From NCBI GenBank assembly GCA_963828195.1, contig CAWHDT010000005.1:224001-288000 (forward strand): a DNA stretch of 64,000 nt, given 5' to 3'. Positions within the stretch are counted from its first letter, which is position 1. Every line of letters begins with the position of its first letter. Of this stretch, positions 49,829 to 58,377 are shown in pieces. The stretch comes from Candidatus Bathyarchaeota archaeon. GTDB lineage: Archaea; Thermoproteota; Bathyarchaeia; Bathyarchaeales; Bathycorpusculaceae. A program made the position numbers and the translations under genes. The notes beneath the pieces were generated by a model. That model saw only the letters and a list, made by a program, of their open reading frames with translations, had not been told where the DNA came from and did not search any database.

Positions 49829-50866
49829 TCAACCAGTTTTCACTGTTAGGGCTGCAGCAATGGCTTCCGCCATCCCCACGGTCGTGGCTTTGCCGCCGCA
49901 GTCTGGAACAGTTTGACCGTTACGTAACGCGTATATTACCCCATTCTCGATTGCTTGACCTGCCTGCATACATTTTTTATCATTGTATTTCTCGCCCAGC
50001 CACTCCAACATCATCTTCGCGGACAGCACCATGGAGATGGGGTTTGCAGTGTGTTTGCCCGCTCTGTTCGGTGCGGAACCGTGGATTGGTTCGAAGAGGG
50101 CAAAGTTGTCACCTATATTCGCGCCAGGAGCCATGCCTAATCCGCCGATTAGCTGGGCTGCTTCGTCCGAGAGGATGTCGCCGAACATGTTGCAGGTGCA
50201 AAATACATCGAACACTTGCGGCTCTTTTATCAGACGCATCGAAGCTGCATCAACGTATAACTCGTTGAAAGCTATGTCAGGGTACTTTTTTGCAGTTTCG
50301 CGGCATACGCTGGCGAATAATCCGTCGGTTACCCGCATGACGTTTGCTTTGTGGATCGCGGTTACTTTCTTTTTGCCGTTGCGTAAACGGGCAATCGCGA
50401 AGGCTTTTTTGGCTATACGTTCACAGGCGCCTCTTGTGATGACTCTCATGCAGATGGTTGTGTCGTTGCCCACAGTGAATTCTAAGCCTTTGTAAACGTC
50501 CTCAGTGTTTTCCCTGACAAACATCATGTCAATGTCGGGTCGAGCAACCGGAACGTTAGGGTAAGCCTTCAACGGACGCAAATTAGCGTACAAATCGAAC
50601 ATTACACGCAGCTTAACTATAACATCAGCCGCGCTTTCGCCTACCGGACCCTTTAAGCAAGCGTGGGATTCCCTGATTTTTTGAACCGTGTCTTCTGGCA
50701 ATGCAGCGCCTCTTTTTGCTAAGGTCCCGTCGCCCGCTTCAGCTTCAACCAAGTTAAGTTTTATACCAAACTTTTTCTGGGCAGCGTCTAAAACTTTCAT
50801 TGTTGCTTCTGTCAGTTCTGGGCCAATCCCGTCGCCGGGAATTAGGGAAATTTTGTATTCAGTCAT
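49829..50866 (-). CDS. leuB: 3-isopropylmalate dehydrogenase
   Basis: GDGIGPE, RENTE, HKAN, NMFGDILSD, EPIHGSAP. Confidence 0.9.
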   Translation of the reverse strand: MTEYKISLIPGDGIGPELTEATMKVLDAAQKKFGIKLNLVEAEAGDGTLAKRGAALPEDTVQKIRESHACLKGPVGESAADVIVKLRVMFDLYANLRPLKAYPNVPVARPDIDMMFVRENTEDVYKGLEFTVGNDTTICMRVITRGACERIAKKAFAIARLRNGKKKVTAIHKANVMRVTDGLFASVCRETAKKYPDIAFNELYVDAASMRLIKEPQVFDVFCTCNMFGDILSDEAAQLIGGLGMAPGANIGDNFALFEPIHGSAPNRAGKHTANPISMVLSAKMMLEWLGEKYNDKKCMQAGQAIENGVIYALRNGQTVPDCGGKATTVGMAEAIAAALTVKTG

Positions 50867-51366
50867 TTTTTATTCATCTTCTTCCTTAGGTTTTCGATTA
50901 ATCCACCATCTGCCAATATTTCAATTATGAATGAGGGTAGCTTTTCTACTTGAAAGCTTTTGCCTCTTGAAATATTTTCTATCTTGCCAGCTTCAACATC
51001 TACAGATAATTCGTCGCCGGTTTCAACGGCGGCAGATATGCCTTCGCATTCAATCACGGGTAAACCTATGTTAATCGCGTTTCGGAAGAAAATTCGGGCG
51101 AAAGATTCTGCTATCACACATTTTACGCCCGCGTACTTTAGAGCCAGAGGCGCTTGCTCCCGGCTTGAGCCGCACCCGAAGTTTTTGCCGCCTACCAAGA
51201 TTACGCCTTTCTCTGCTTTCTTTGGAAATGTGCAGTCTAAACTTTCCAGTGCATGTTGCGCCAATTCAGTTGGGTCAACTAAGGTCAGGTATTTTCCAGG
51301 CAAAATAACGTCTGTGTCAATGTTGTTTCCGAATTTTATCGCCGGGGCTTTGAATTTCATATTCAT
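50863..51366 (-). CDS. leuD: 3-isopropylmalate dehydratase small subunit
   Basis: NIDTDVI, NFGCGSSREQA, SFARIFFRN. Confidence 0.93.
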   Translation of the reverse strand: MNMKFKAPAIKFGNNIDTDVILPGKYLTLVDPTELAQHALESLDCTFPKKAEKGVILVGGKNFGCGSSREQAPLALKYAGVKCVIAESFARIFFRNAINIGLPVIECEGISAAVETGDELSVDVEAGKIENISRGKSFQVEKLPSFIIEILADGGLIENLRKKMNKK

Positions 51367-52631
51367 GTTTTTGCCTCCATTTTTCTGGGGTCAGTGATTT
51401 TGCCAGTGACTGCTGAAGCCGCCACCGTTGCTGGAGAAGCCAAGTACACGCTGGCTTTGGTGCTGCCCATTCTTCCGATGAAGTTCCTGTTTGAAGTGCT
51501 TACGCAAACCTCGTTTGCCGCCAGTAAGCCTATGTGCCCGCCTAAGCAGGGACCGCATGCTGAACCGCAAACTATTGCGCCTGCATCAGTGAAGATTTCC
51601 ATTAAGCCCTCATTTAACGCTTGCTTGTAAACTTCCTGAGATGCGGGAATCACAAGTGCCCTAACGCCGTCTTTCACACGTTTGCCCTTTAGGACTTGAG
51701 CCGCTAAACGCAGGTCTTCGATTCTGCCGTTAGTGCATGAACCGATGAACGCCTGCTCGATTGATATGTTGCCTGCTTCTGAAACGGGTTTAACGTTATC
51801 AACAGATGATGGGCACGCTAGTTGGGGCTCCATCTTTGAAACATCAAATTCCTCTGTCAGCTCGTAAACGGCGTCTTTGTCGCTTCTTAACGATTCAAAG
51901 TTTGGCATCGCCTTGACTCTGCCTTCTAAGAATTTGCGGGTTGTTTCATCTGGCTCGATGATGCCGTTTTTGGCGCCCATTTCCACCGCCATGTTGCACA
52001 GCGTCATTCTTCCAGCTATGCTCATGCTCTTTATTGTTGGACCCGTGAATTCTGTGCTTTTGTATGTTGCTCCGTCAACGCCCATTCGCCCGATTATGGA
52101 CAGAATTAGGTCTTTTGGCGTAACGTACTTTTGGAATTCTCCCTTCACGTTTATTTTAATTGCTTCAGGCACTTTTAACCAGATTTTTCCTGTAGCTAAG
52201 ACTGCGGCTGCTTCAGTTGAGCCTATTCCCGTTGCGAAAGCTCCGAAGGCTCCGTATGTGCAAGTGTGGGAATCTGCGCCGACAATTACTGCGCCTGGAA
52301 CAACATGCCCTTTTTCGGGCATAACTTGATGGCAGATTCCGCCTCTGCCTATGTCGTAAATGAGGAGTTTTTGGTCTTTGGCGAATTGGCGCATGGTCTT
52401 GTGCAGTTCTGCCGCGTTAATGGATTCAGCGGGTACTTGATGGTCCAGTATAACCACTGCTTTTTGGTTATTCCAAACTTTTTGTACGCCTATTTTATTG
52501 AAGGCTTCAACAGCTAAAGGCCCCGTTAAATCGTGCACCATTATCATGTTGACGTTTGCATCCACGATTTCGCCTGGGTGCACCTCTTGTTTTCCTGAGG
52601 CTTTAGCCAAGATTTTTTCTGTTATGTTCAT
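51363..52631 (-). CDS. leuC: 3-isopropylmalate dehydratase large subunit
   Basis: DSHTCT, GSCTNGR, CGPCLG, NRNF. Confidence 0.94.
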   Translation of the reverse strand: MNITEKILAKASGKQEVHPGEIVDANVNMIMVHDLTGPLAVEAFNKIGVQKVWNNQKAVVILDHQVPAESINAAELHKTMRQFAKDQKLLIYDIGRGGICHQVMPEKGHVVPGAVIVGADSHTCTYGAFGAFATGIGSTEAAAVLATGKIWLKVPEAIKINVKGEFQKYVTPKDLILSIIGRMGVDGATYKSTEFTGPTIKSMSIAGRMTLCNMAVEMGAKNGIIEPDETTRKFLEGRVKAMPNFESLRSDKDAVYELTEEFDVSKMEPQLACPSSVDNVKPVSEAGNISIEQAFIGSCTNGRIEDLRLAAQVLKGKRVKDGVRALVIPASQEVYKQALNEGLMEIFTDAGAIVCGSACGPCLGGHIGLLAANEVCVSTSNRNFIGRMGSTKASVYLASPATVAASAVTGKITDPRKMEAKT

Positions 52632-52700
52632 GTTTACTCTCTTCTGTTACAATTAACTAATATTTTCGATTTTTTTGAATAAACGTTGTGATTTTTGGAG

Positions 52701-52724
52701 AACGGAAAGTTAAGGTTTTCCGTT
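52701..52724. promoter_or_regulatory. perfect inverted repeat between ilvN and leuC
   Basis: AACGGAAA-N8-TTTCCGTT. Confidence 0.45.
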
Positions 52725-52736
52725 GTAGGGGACGAT

Positions 52737-53249
52737 TTATTCGTCTATTCTTACTGTTTTTGCTCCCCTTGCCAATGCTGTTATGCCTGTTCTTGCAAGT
52801 TCAATGACGCCTGTAGTGTGCATTAGGTTTAGGAACGCGTCAAGTTTGTCGGGTGTTCCAGTGATTTCAACTGTTAAGCTGTCGGTTGCGACGTCGATGA
52901 TTCGTCCTCTGAAGACTTCTACGCAGTTTATTATGTCGGAGCGGTCTTTGGGGGTCGGCACGTTAACTTTTATCAAAGCTAGTTCCCGCATCACAAAGTG
53001 ACCCGGTTCTAGCTCCTCTACTTTCAAGACGTCAATGAGTTTTGCTAGTTGCTTGACAACTTGTTCAAGTGTTTTTTCGTCAGCGTTTACTGTGATTGTC
53101 ATGCGTGAGGTTTCGATGTTTTCGCTGGGGCCGACTGTTATGCTTTCGATGTTGAAGTTTCTGCGTCTGAACAAGTTGGCTACGCCATGAAGAACACCTG
53201 GCTTGTTTTCCACGAGCACAGATATTACTTTGGTTTGTTCGGTCTCCAT
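52737..53249 (-). CDS. ilvN: acetolactate synthase small (regulatory) subunit
   Basis: VENKPGVL, FNIESI, QLAKLIDV, RELALIKV, ELARTG. Confidence 0.95.
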   Translation of the reverse strand: METEQTKVISVLVENKPGVLHGVANLFRRRNFNIESITVGPSENIETSRMTITVNADEKTLEQVVKQLAKLIDVLKVEELEPGHFVMRELALIKVNVPTPKDRSDIINCVEVFRGRIIDVATDSLTVEITGTPDKLDAFLNLMHTTGVIELARTGITALARGAKTVRIDE

Positions 53250-54961
53250 TAGTAGTCACCTCTCTGTTGTGGTAAACCGCAGCCTGGGGGCACAAATGGA
53301 ACAACATCATGTTCTGAGCCAATAGGCACATCGATTACCGTTGTAACTTCACTGCTTAGCGCTGTCTTAACTGCTTTTTCGAACTCTTCAAGCGAGTTTA
53401 CTCGTAGACCTTGTGCGCCATATGCTTCTGCAAGCTTTACGAAGTCAGGAGTTTTTCCCAAGTTAACTGCCATGTAACGGCGTTTATAGAGCATTCTCTG
53501 CCACTGCGCCACCATTCCCAGCACCGAATTGTTTAGCACGATAACTATGACAGGAATCTTTTCAGCTACTGAACAGGCAAGTTCTTGCTCAGTCATTAAG
53601 AAACTGCCGTCGCCAGCTATGTCTACGACGGGTCTATCTGGGCAAGCAACTTTTGCTCCTATAGCTGCTGGGAAGCCAAAGCCCATTGTTCCAAGTCCAC
53701 CGGAGCTGATGAAGGTTCGCGGTTTTAACGCTTGGAAGTATAGGGCTGACCACATTTGGTTTTGCCCGACTTCAGTGGTGACAATGGTGTCTGCTGGCAG
53801 CAGTTTTCTCAGCTCTATCAGTAAGGCTTTTGGCACCAATTCTTTGGGTCTTTCCTTTAGCAATGGGCTCAGCTGCTCTTTAGCTTCCTTAACACGCTTT
53901 GACCACGCGCTAACTTTCATCCTGGGTAGCTTCTTTACAACGGCAGCATGCAACAGCTTTAACGAAACTTTTGCATCTCCGACGATTGGAACGTCAACTT
54001 CAATGTTCTTGCCGATTTCTGCCGCGTCAATGTCTATGTGAATTTTTTTGGCGTTAGGAGCAAAAGTGTCCAAGTTTGCTGTTGCACGGTCAGAAAATCT
54101 TGTTCCAATAGCTAACAGCACGTCAGCTTCACCAATCAGCCTGTTTGCAGCTGGGTTTCCATGCATTCCAATGCAGCCAACTGACAGCGGGTGGCATTCG
54201 GGAAAAGCACCTTTGCCCATGAAAGTTGTTGCAACTGGCGACATCAACAAATCCGACATCTGCATTAATTCGTCGGACGCATTAGAAGAAATGACTCCGC
54301 CGCCAGCCAGTATCATTGGTTCAACCGCCTCAGCCAGTAAATTGGCTGCTTCGCTGATTTTATCTAAATCTGGATTAATCTTGGGGTTGTAGCCTCGTGC
54401 TTCAATTTTCTCTATGATTCCTGTCGCTACGTCAGCGATGTCAGATTGGATGTTTTTTGGTATGTCAATTAGGACTGGCCCGGGTCTGCCTGAAGACGCT
54501 ATGTAGAATGCGGCGTTAACCATTGGTTGAATTTCAGCGATGGTGCGCGGCTGATAATTATGCTTGGTGATCGGCGTCGTGATGCCAATGATGTCTGCCT
54601 CTTGAAAGGCATCTTTGCCAATCATATAGGATGAGTTTACGCTTGTGGATGGAACCTGACCTGTTATAGCTATCATCGGCGAGGAATCCATGTACGCGTT
54701 CGCTATACCCGTTACTAAGTTTGTAGCGCCCGGTCCAGATGTTGCTAAGCAGACTCCTACTCGTCCGCTAGCTCGCGCGTAGCCTTCTGCTGCGTGGGCT
54801 GCCCCCTGCTCGTGTCTAGCGAGTACATGTCTAATTTTCTCGTTGCCGCATAAAGCGTCGTAGACCGGCAGTATTGCTCCGCCCAAGATTCCGAATATAA
54901 CATCTACGTTTTGTTGCTCAAGGGATTCTACAAGTGCCTTTGCACCAGACATTTTGGTCAT
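53249..54961 (-). CDS. ilvB: acetolactate synthase large subunit
   Basis: RHEQGAAH, SGPGATN, DAFQE, GDGSF...NN ThDP motif, MVAQWQ. Confidence 0.96.
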   Translation of the reverse strand: MTKMSGAKALVESLEQQNVDVIFGILGGAILPVYDALCGNEKIRHVLARHEQGAAHAAEGYARASGRVGVCLATSGPGATNLVTGIANAYMDSSPMIAITGQVPSTSVNSSYMIGKDAFQEADIIGITTPITKHNYQPRTIAEIQPMVNAAFYIASSGRPGPVLIDIPKNIQSDIADVATGIIEKIEARGYNPKINPDLDKISEAANLLAEAVEPMILAGGGVISSNASDELMQMSDLLMSPVATTFMGKGAFPECHPLSVGCIGMHGNPAANRLIGEADVLLAIGTRFSDRATANLDTFAPNAKKIHIDIDAAEIGKNIEVDVPIVGDAKVSLKLLHAAVVKKLPRMKVSAWSKRVKEAKEQLSPLLKERPKELVPKALLIELRKLLPADTIVTTEVGQNQMWSALYFQALKPRTFISSGGLGTMGFGFPAAIGAKVACPDRPVVDIAGDGSFLMTEQELACSVAEKIPVIVIVLNNSVLGMVAQWQRMLYKRRYMAVNLGKTPDFVKLAEAYGAQGLRVNSLEEFEKAVKTALSSEVTTVIDVPIGSEHDVVPFVPPGCGLPQQRGDY

Positions 54962-55057
54962 TTCATTGCCTCTCCTTTTTGAAATTTATACTCTCGTCTA
55001 CAGAAGGATTGATTTGCAAATTTTTCAACGGATGCTTCAGAGGGTTCCCTGGACAGT

Positions 55058-55108
55058 TCAAAGAATAAGTACCCGACGATTCCAGCTATTGAGGTGACGA
55101 TCCCTCAT
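55058..55108 (-). CDS. putative branched-chain amino acid leader peptide of the ilv-leu operon (16 aa)
   Basis: GAGGA SD 6 nt before ATG; MRDRHLNSWNRRVLIL*; last four codons GTA CTT ATT CTT. Confidence 0.65.
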   Translation of the reverse strand: MRDRHLNSWNRRVLIL

Positions 55109-55155
55109 CTTAATTCCTCTTGAAATCCACGTTCCCTAAAAATAGATAATTGTAC

Positions 55156-55170
55156 AAATAAAAGGCTTAC
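55156..55170 (-). promoter_or_regulatory. putative BRE/TATA promoter of the ilv-leu leader
   Basis: minus strand GTAAGCCTTTTATTT about 50 nt upstream of the leader ATG. Confidence 0.55.
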
Positions 55171-55250
55171 GGTGCCAATCTCGGCTGTTTACCACTTTTT
55201 GCCAAGGTAACTTAACGAACCGTAGCTTTACTTGAACGAAATTGGCGTTA

Positions 55251-55303
55251 TCATCGTTAAAGGTTCAGGCTTCAACCCCGTTTACGGCAAAAGACACTCA
55301 AGA
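55251..55303 (+). repeat. 53-bp direct repeat, copy 1
   Basis: 45/53 identical to 55878..55930. Confidence 0.8.
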
Positions 55304-55342
55304 ATAATATCCTGCCGCCGATAGAATAGTTAAATGCAGCCT

Positions 55343-55645
55343 TTAGGTTAGTTCACTTTTTTGTTTTTTAAGTTCAGCTTTCAGAGTCGCTATTTCTTTT
55401 TGCATCCTATGTTTCTCCCTAATTTCACGTAGTCTTTCTTGCTTCTCCTTCTGTTCCTTTCGGTATTTACGGAGTCCATAAGTTGTTAAAGAGGTAACTA
55501 TAGTAACTGCAAGAAGAAACACTACAGCAGTTTGGATACCGATTGCATTAACAAAATCTAAATAAAAAATTAAGCCAACAAAAGTGAATGTAGAAATAAG
55601 CTGTATTAATCTTGCACGTTTTACATTGAAAGTTGATTCTTGCAT
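55343..55645 (-). CDS. hypothetical two-TM protein with charged C-terminal coil
   Basis: 100-aa AT-rich ORF between the 53-bp direct repeats. Confidence 0.65.
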   Translation of the reverse strand: MQESTFNVKRARLIQLISTFTFVGLIFYLDFVNAIGIQTAVVFLLAVTIVTSLTTYGLRKYRKEQKEKQERLREIREKHRMQKEIATLKAELKKQKSELT

Positions 55646-55877
55646 ATTGCATCATTATTTATTATTCGTGTCGCACAAATAAGTTTAACTTATAATTCAA
55701 AGACCCAGAATCCGAGACGTTTCTTACTATATTTTTGAATTTTACCAGAAGGTTTCGAAGCATCGGGTCAGTGACCAAACAGTGACATGAACTTAACCTA
55801 CTTAAGTAAATATAAAACTGCCGACGAAGGCGCATACTTGCGAAATCGTTGACATCTTAAGGCGGCGGAGGGGTTGC

Positions 55878-55930
55878 TCATCGTTAACGGCTCAGGCTTC
55901 AACCCAGTCTACGGCAAAGACCACGCAAGA
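55878..55930 (+). repeat. 53-bp direct repeat, copy 2
   Basis: TCATCGTTAACGGCTCAGGCTTCAACCCAGTCTACGGCAAAGACCACGCAAGA. Confidence 0.8.
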
Positions 55931-56000
55931 CAAGGTTTTATGAGATGTTGATGAAAGCGCTTATAACTCAGAAAGTCATTTTCCCGTATTGTGAATGCAG

Positions 56001-56180
56001 ATGTGTGAATTTAACGTGATTCTTAATGGAAAAGTGGAGTTTAGGGATGTTATTTACGTTAAAGTTGAAGGCGCCAATGTCTTGGTTAAAAGTATTTTGG
56101 GTGAAGGAAAAGAATTTGAAAGCTGCAGGATTGTTGAGGTTGACGTTCCCAACACAAGGCTTGTCCTAACAGCAATATAG
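56001..56180 (+). CDS. CooT-family nickel-binding protein
   Basis: MCE N-terminus, DV, ILGE, IVEVD pattern; about 60 aa. Confidence 0.75.
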   Translation: MCEFNVILNGKVEFRDVIYVKVEGANVLVKSILGEGKEFESCRIVEVDVPNTRLVLTAI

Positions 56181-56336
56181 AGAGCTGGTTTTTTATCTTT
56201 TCTTGTTTTCGCCTATTTTTGCCCTTAATAAAAACCCAAATCAAGAAATCAACCAAAAATAGCTTCTGAATCTGAGCAGCTTACCTTACGGGAGGGTCTA
56301 GTATTTGTGCCAAAAACTGCCACAAATATGCCAGGC

Positions 56337-56438
56337 AGAAGAAGAAAAACGGTTTTTCTAGGCTTCTTCTTCTTTTAAAAATAAATATTGCCGAGAAGAA
56401 CAACAGTTGTTCCCCAAGTGTTGTTGTTCTTTCAAAAT
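56337..56438 (-). repeat. dispersed palindromic repeat, copy 3 (units A+B, inverted)
   Basis: reverse complement reads GAAAGAACAACAACACTTGGGGAACAACTGTTGTTCTTCT...AAAAGAAGAAGAAGCCTAGAAAAACCGTTTTTCTTCTTCT. Confidence 0.8.
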
Positions 56439-56509
56439 AAAAATTGGAAACAAAAACCAGCCACAAAAAGCACAATAACCCCAGGCGATTTCAAATCAAT
56501 AAGCAACTT

Positions 56510-57090
56510 TCATTTCACGATTTCCCTGATTATATCGTTAACCATCATTATTTTGGCGTTGTAGACGTTTTCCAGGTATTTTAGTCCTTGTTCTTGGTCT
56601 TCTTGAGTGAATGCTTCTACGCCGTCTTCGGCGATTACAATGTGGTATCCTCTGAAGAAAGCATCTGCAGCAGTGTGTCGCACGCACATGTGAGTGTGGA
56701 AGCCACCAAGCACAATCGTTTTTACGCCTTCACCCTTGTAGAGGCTTCGCAGAAGTGAGTCTAAATCTGTCTCGAAAAAGCCGCTGTAAGTGCGCTTCTC
56801 CACAAGGTAATCCTTGCCCTCTTCAGGCTTAAGCTCCGGAATAACCTGTGCGCCGTGTGTGCCTTTTATTGCGTGGTCGCCCCATTTCTGAGTTACCTCA
56901 ACATCTTGGGGGTAATGGGGGCGTCGTTGCTGTAGATGACGGGGACATCGTTTTTACGCGCAGCAACTACGAGCCGCTGCAAAGGCTCTATGACATCTTG
57001 CACCCGTTTAACCTGTAATGCTCCTATGACAAAGTCATTTAGCATATCGACAAGAATAACTGCTGGGTTATCTAAAACATTCACTCTCAA
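56510..57090 (-). pseudogene. isochorismatase/cysteine hydrolase, split by a frameshift (or sequencing error)
   Basis: N-part VDMLNDF and C-part KRTYSGF...HMCVRHTA in different frames; they join at the G5 run 56917-56921. Confidence 0.8.
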
Positions 57091-57132
57091 AAAAATAGTA
57101 AGGAGCAGAAGCTATTTAGTTTTACCTTGCCG

Positions 57133-58200
57133 TTAAGTTTCCAAAGTGTAAAATCCAGTGGTTAATCTTTCAGCACCCTTCTGTGTGATGAGAACGGTAT
57201 CTTCAATTCTTGCGCCACCGACCCCCGGCAGGTAAACTCCGGGTTCATCAGTAACAACGTGGCCAGCAGCTAAAGTGTCTTTGCTGTCAGGACTCAAAAC
57301 TGGCGCTTCATGTATTTCTAAGCCAACCCCGTGCCCAAGATTATGCACAAAAAAAACGCCTAACCCAGCTGCCTCAATTACCTGCCTAGCCGCGAAATCT
57401 ACCTGCGAAGCCGCAACGTTTGGTCCCAGCGCCTCGTAAGCTCTTTGCTGAGCTAACTTTACAGTTTCATAAATTTTTACTTGTTTTTCATCGGCTTTTC
57501 CAGCGATGAATGTTCTGGACATGTCGGAGCGGTAAAACTGGTAGGTTGCGCCTAAATCCACCACTATCAAATCGCCTTGTCTGATCGTTCGGGTCGAGCA
57601 TGAACCATGCGGGAACGCGGAGTTGCCGCCTGAAGCAATTATAGTGTCGAAGCTTGTGCCGTCAGAGCCTTTTTTGCGCATAGCATACTCTGCTTCGGCT
57701 GCAACCTGTTTTTCTGTTACCCCCGGTTTGATTGTTTCAAGCGCCACTGCCATGCCTGTCCCAGCGAGGCTGCATGCTTCACGGATAAGCTTGATTTCAT
57801 CCGCATCCTTAACCATCCTTAAGTCACGGATAATCTTGCTGGCGAGTTCAAGTTTGTCTTCTCCGCCGAACGCTTTGACAAGAGCACGCCAAGGCTCAAC
57901 CGGCACAGTGTCTACCCCAATCTTACTTGGCTTGTTCGGGGTGACCTGAGCTGCGATTTTTTCCATCAGGTTCCCGCCTCGGTTGAGAAGCTCCACTGTT
58001 AACCCGCTGGTTTCAGCTTTTGCCTGCTCGTAGTTAACTCCTGAAACGTACAGGACACTTTCGCCCTCTTCAGGAATTAGCAGAGCGGTTGCTCCTGGGA
58101 AGCCTGCAAAATATGTCAAATTAACGTTGTTAAAAATCAGGAAAAAATCGAGTTTTCCATCTTTAAATGCAGATCGTTTAAGGGCGTTGATTCTGTTCAA
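57133..58200 (-). CDS. Xaa-Pro peptidase (M24 family)
   Basis: PHG, DLGA, SDMSRT, HNLGHGVGLEIHE, EPGVY, RIEDT. Confidence 0.93.
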   Translation of the reverse strand: MNRINALKRSAFKDGKLDFFLIFNNVNLTYFAGFPGATALLIPEEGESVLYVSGVNYEQAKAETSGLTVELLNRGGNLMEKIAAQVTPNKPSKIGVDTVPVEPWRALVKAFGGEDKLELASKIIRDLRMVKDADEIKLIREACSLAGTGMAVALETIKPGVTEKQVAAEAEYAMRKKGSDGTSFDTIIASGGNSAFPHGSCSTRTIRQGDLIVVDLGATYQFYRSDMSRTFIAGKADEKQVKIYETVKLAQQRAYEALGPNVAASQVDFAARQVIEAAGLGVFFVHNLGHGVGLEIHEAPVLSPDSKDTLAAGHVVTDEPGVYLPGVGGARIEDTVLITQKGAERLTTGFYTLET

Positions 58201-58377
58201 GGTTTTTTCGCCGTCCAGAAAAGGAAATGTTTTTGGTTGCTTTAAGTTTTCGCTTCATTTTGTTGCGTTGTGCAATGAAAAACAAATCGGTGATAACCGT
58301 GAAATTTTAAACGAATTAGCCATTAACTTAATATACTTTTTACATTAATCCCGTAACTAAGAATTGAGGAAAAAAGC

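Noticed and set aside
48206-54392. Long antisense ORFs over the leu/ilv genes (and similar ones over aro, metG and aor)
   Set aside because: Shadow ORFs opposite well-conserved genes, with no motifs of their own.
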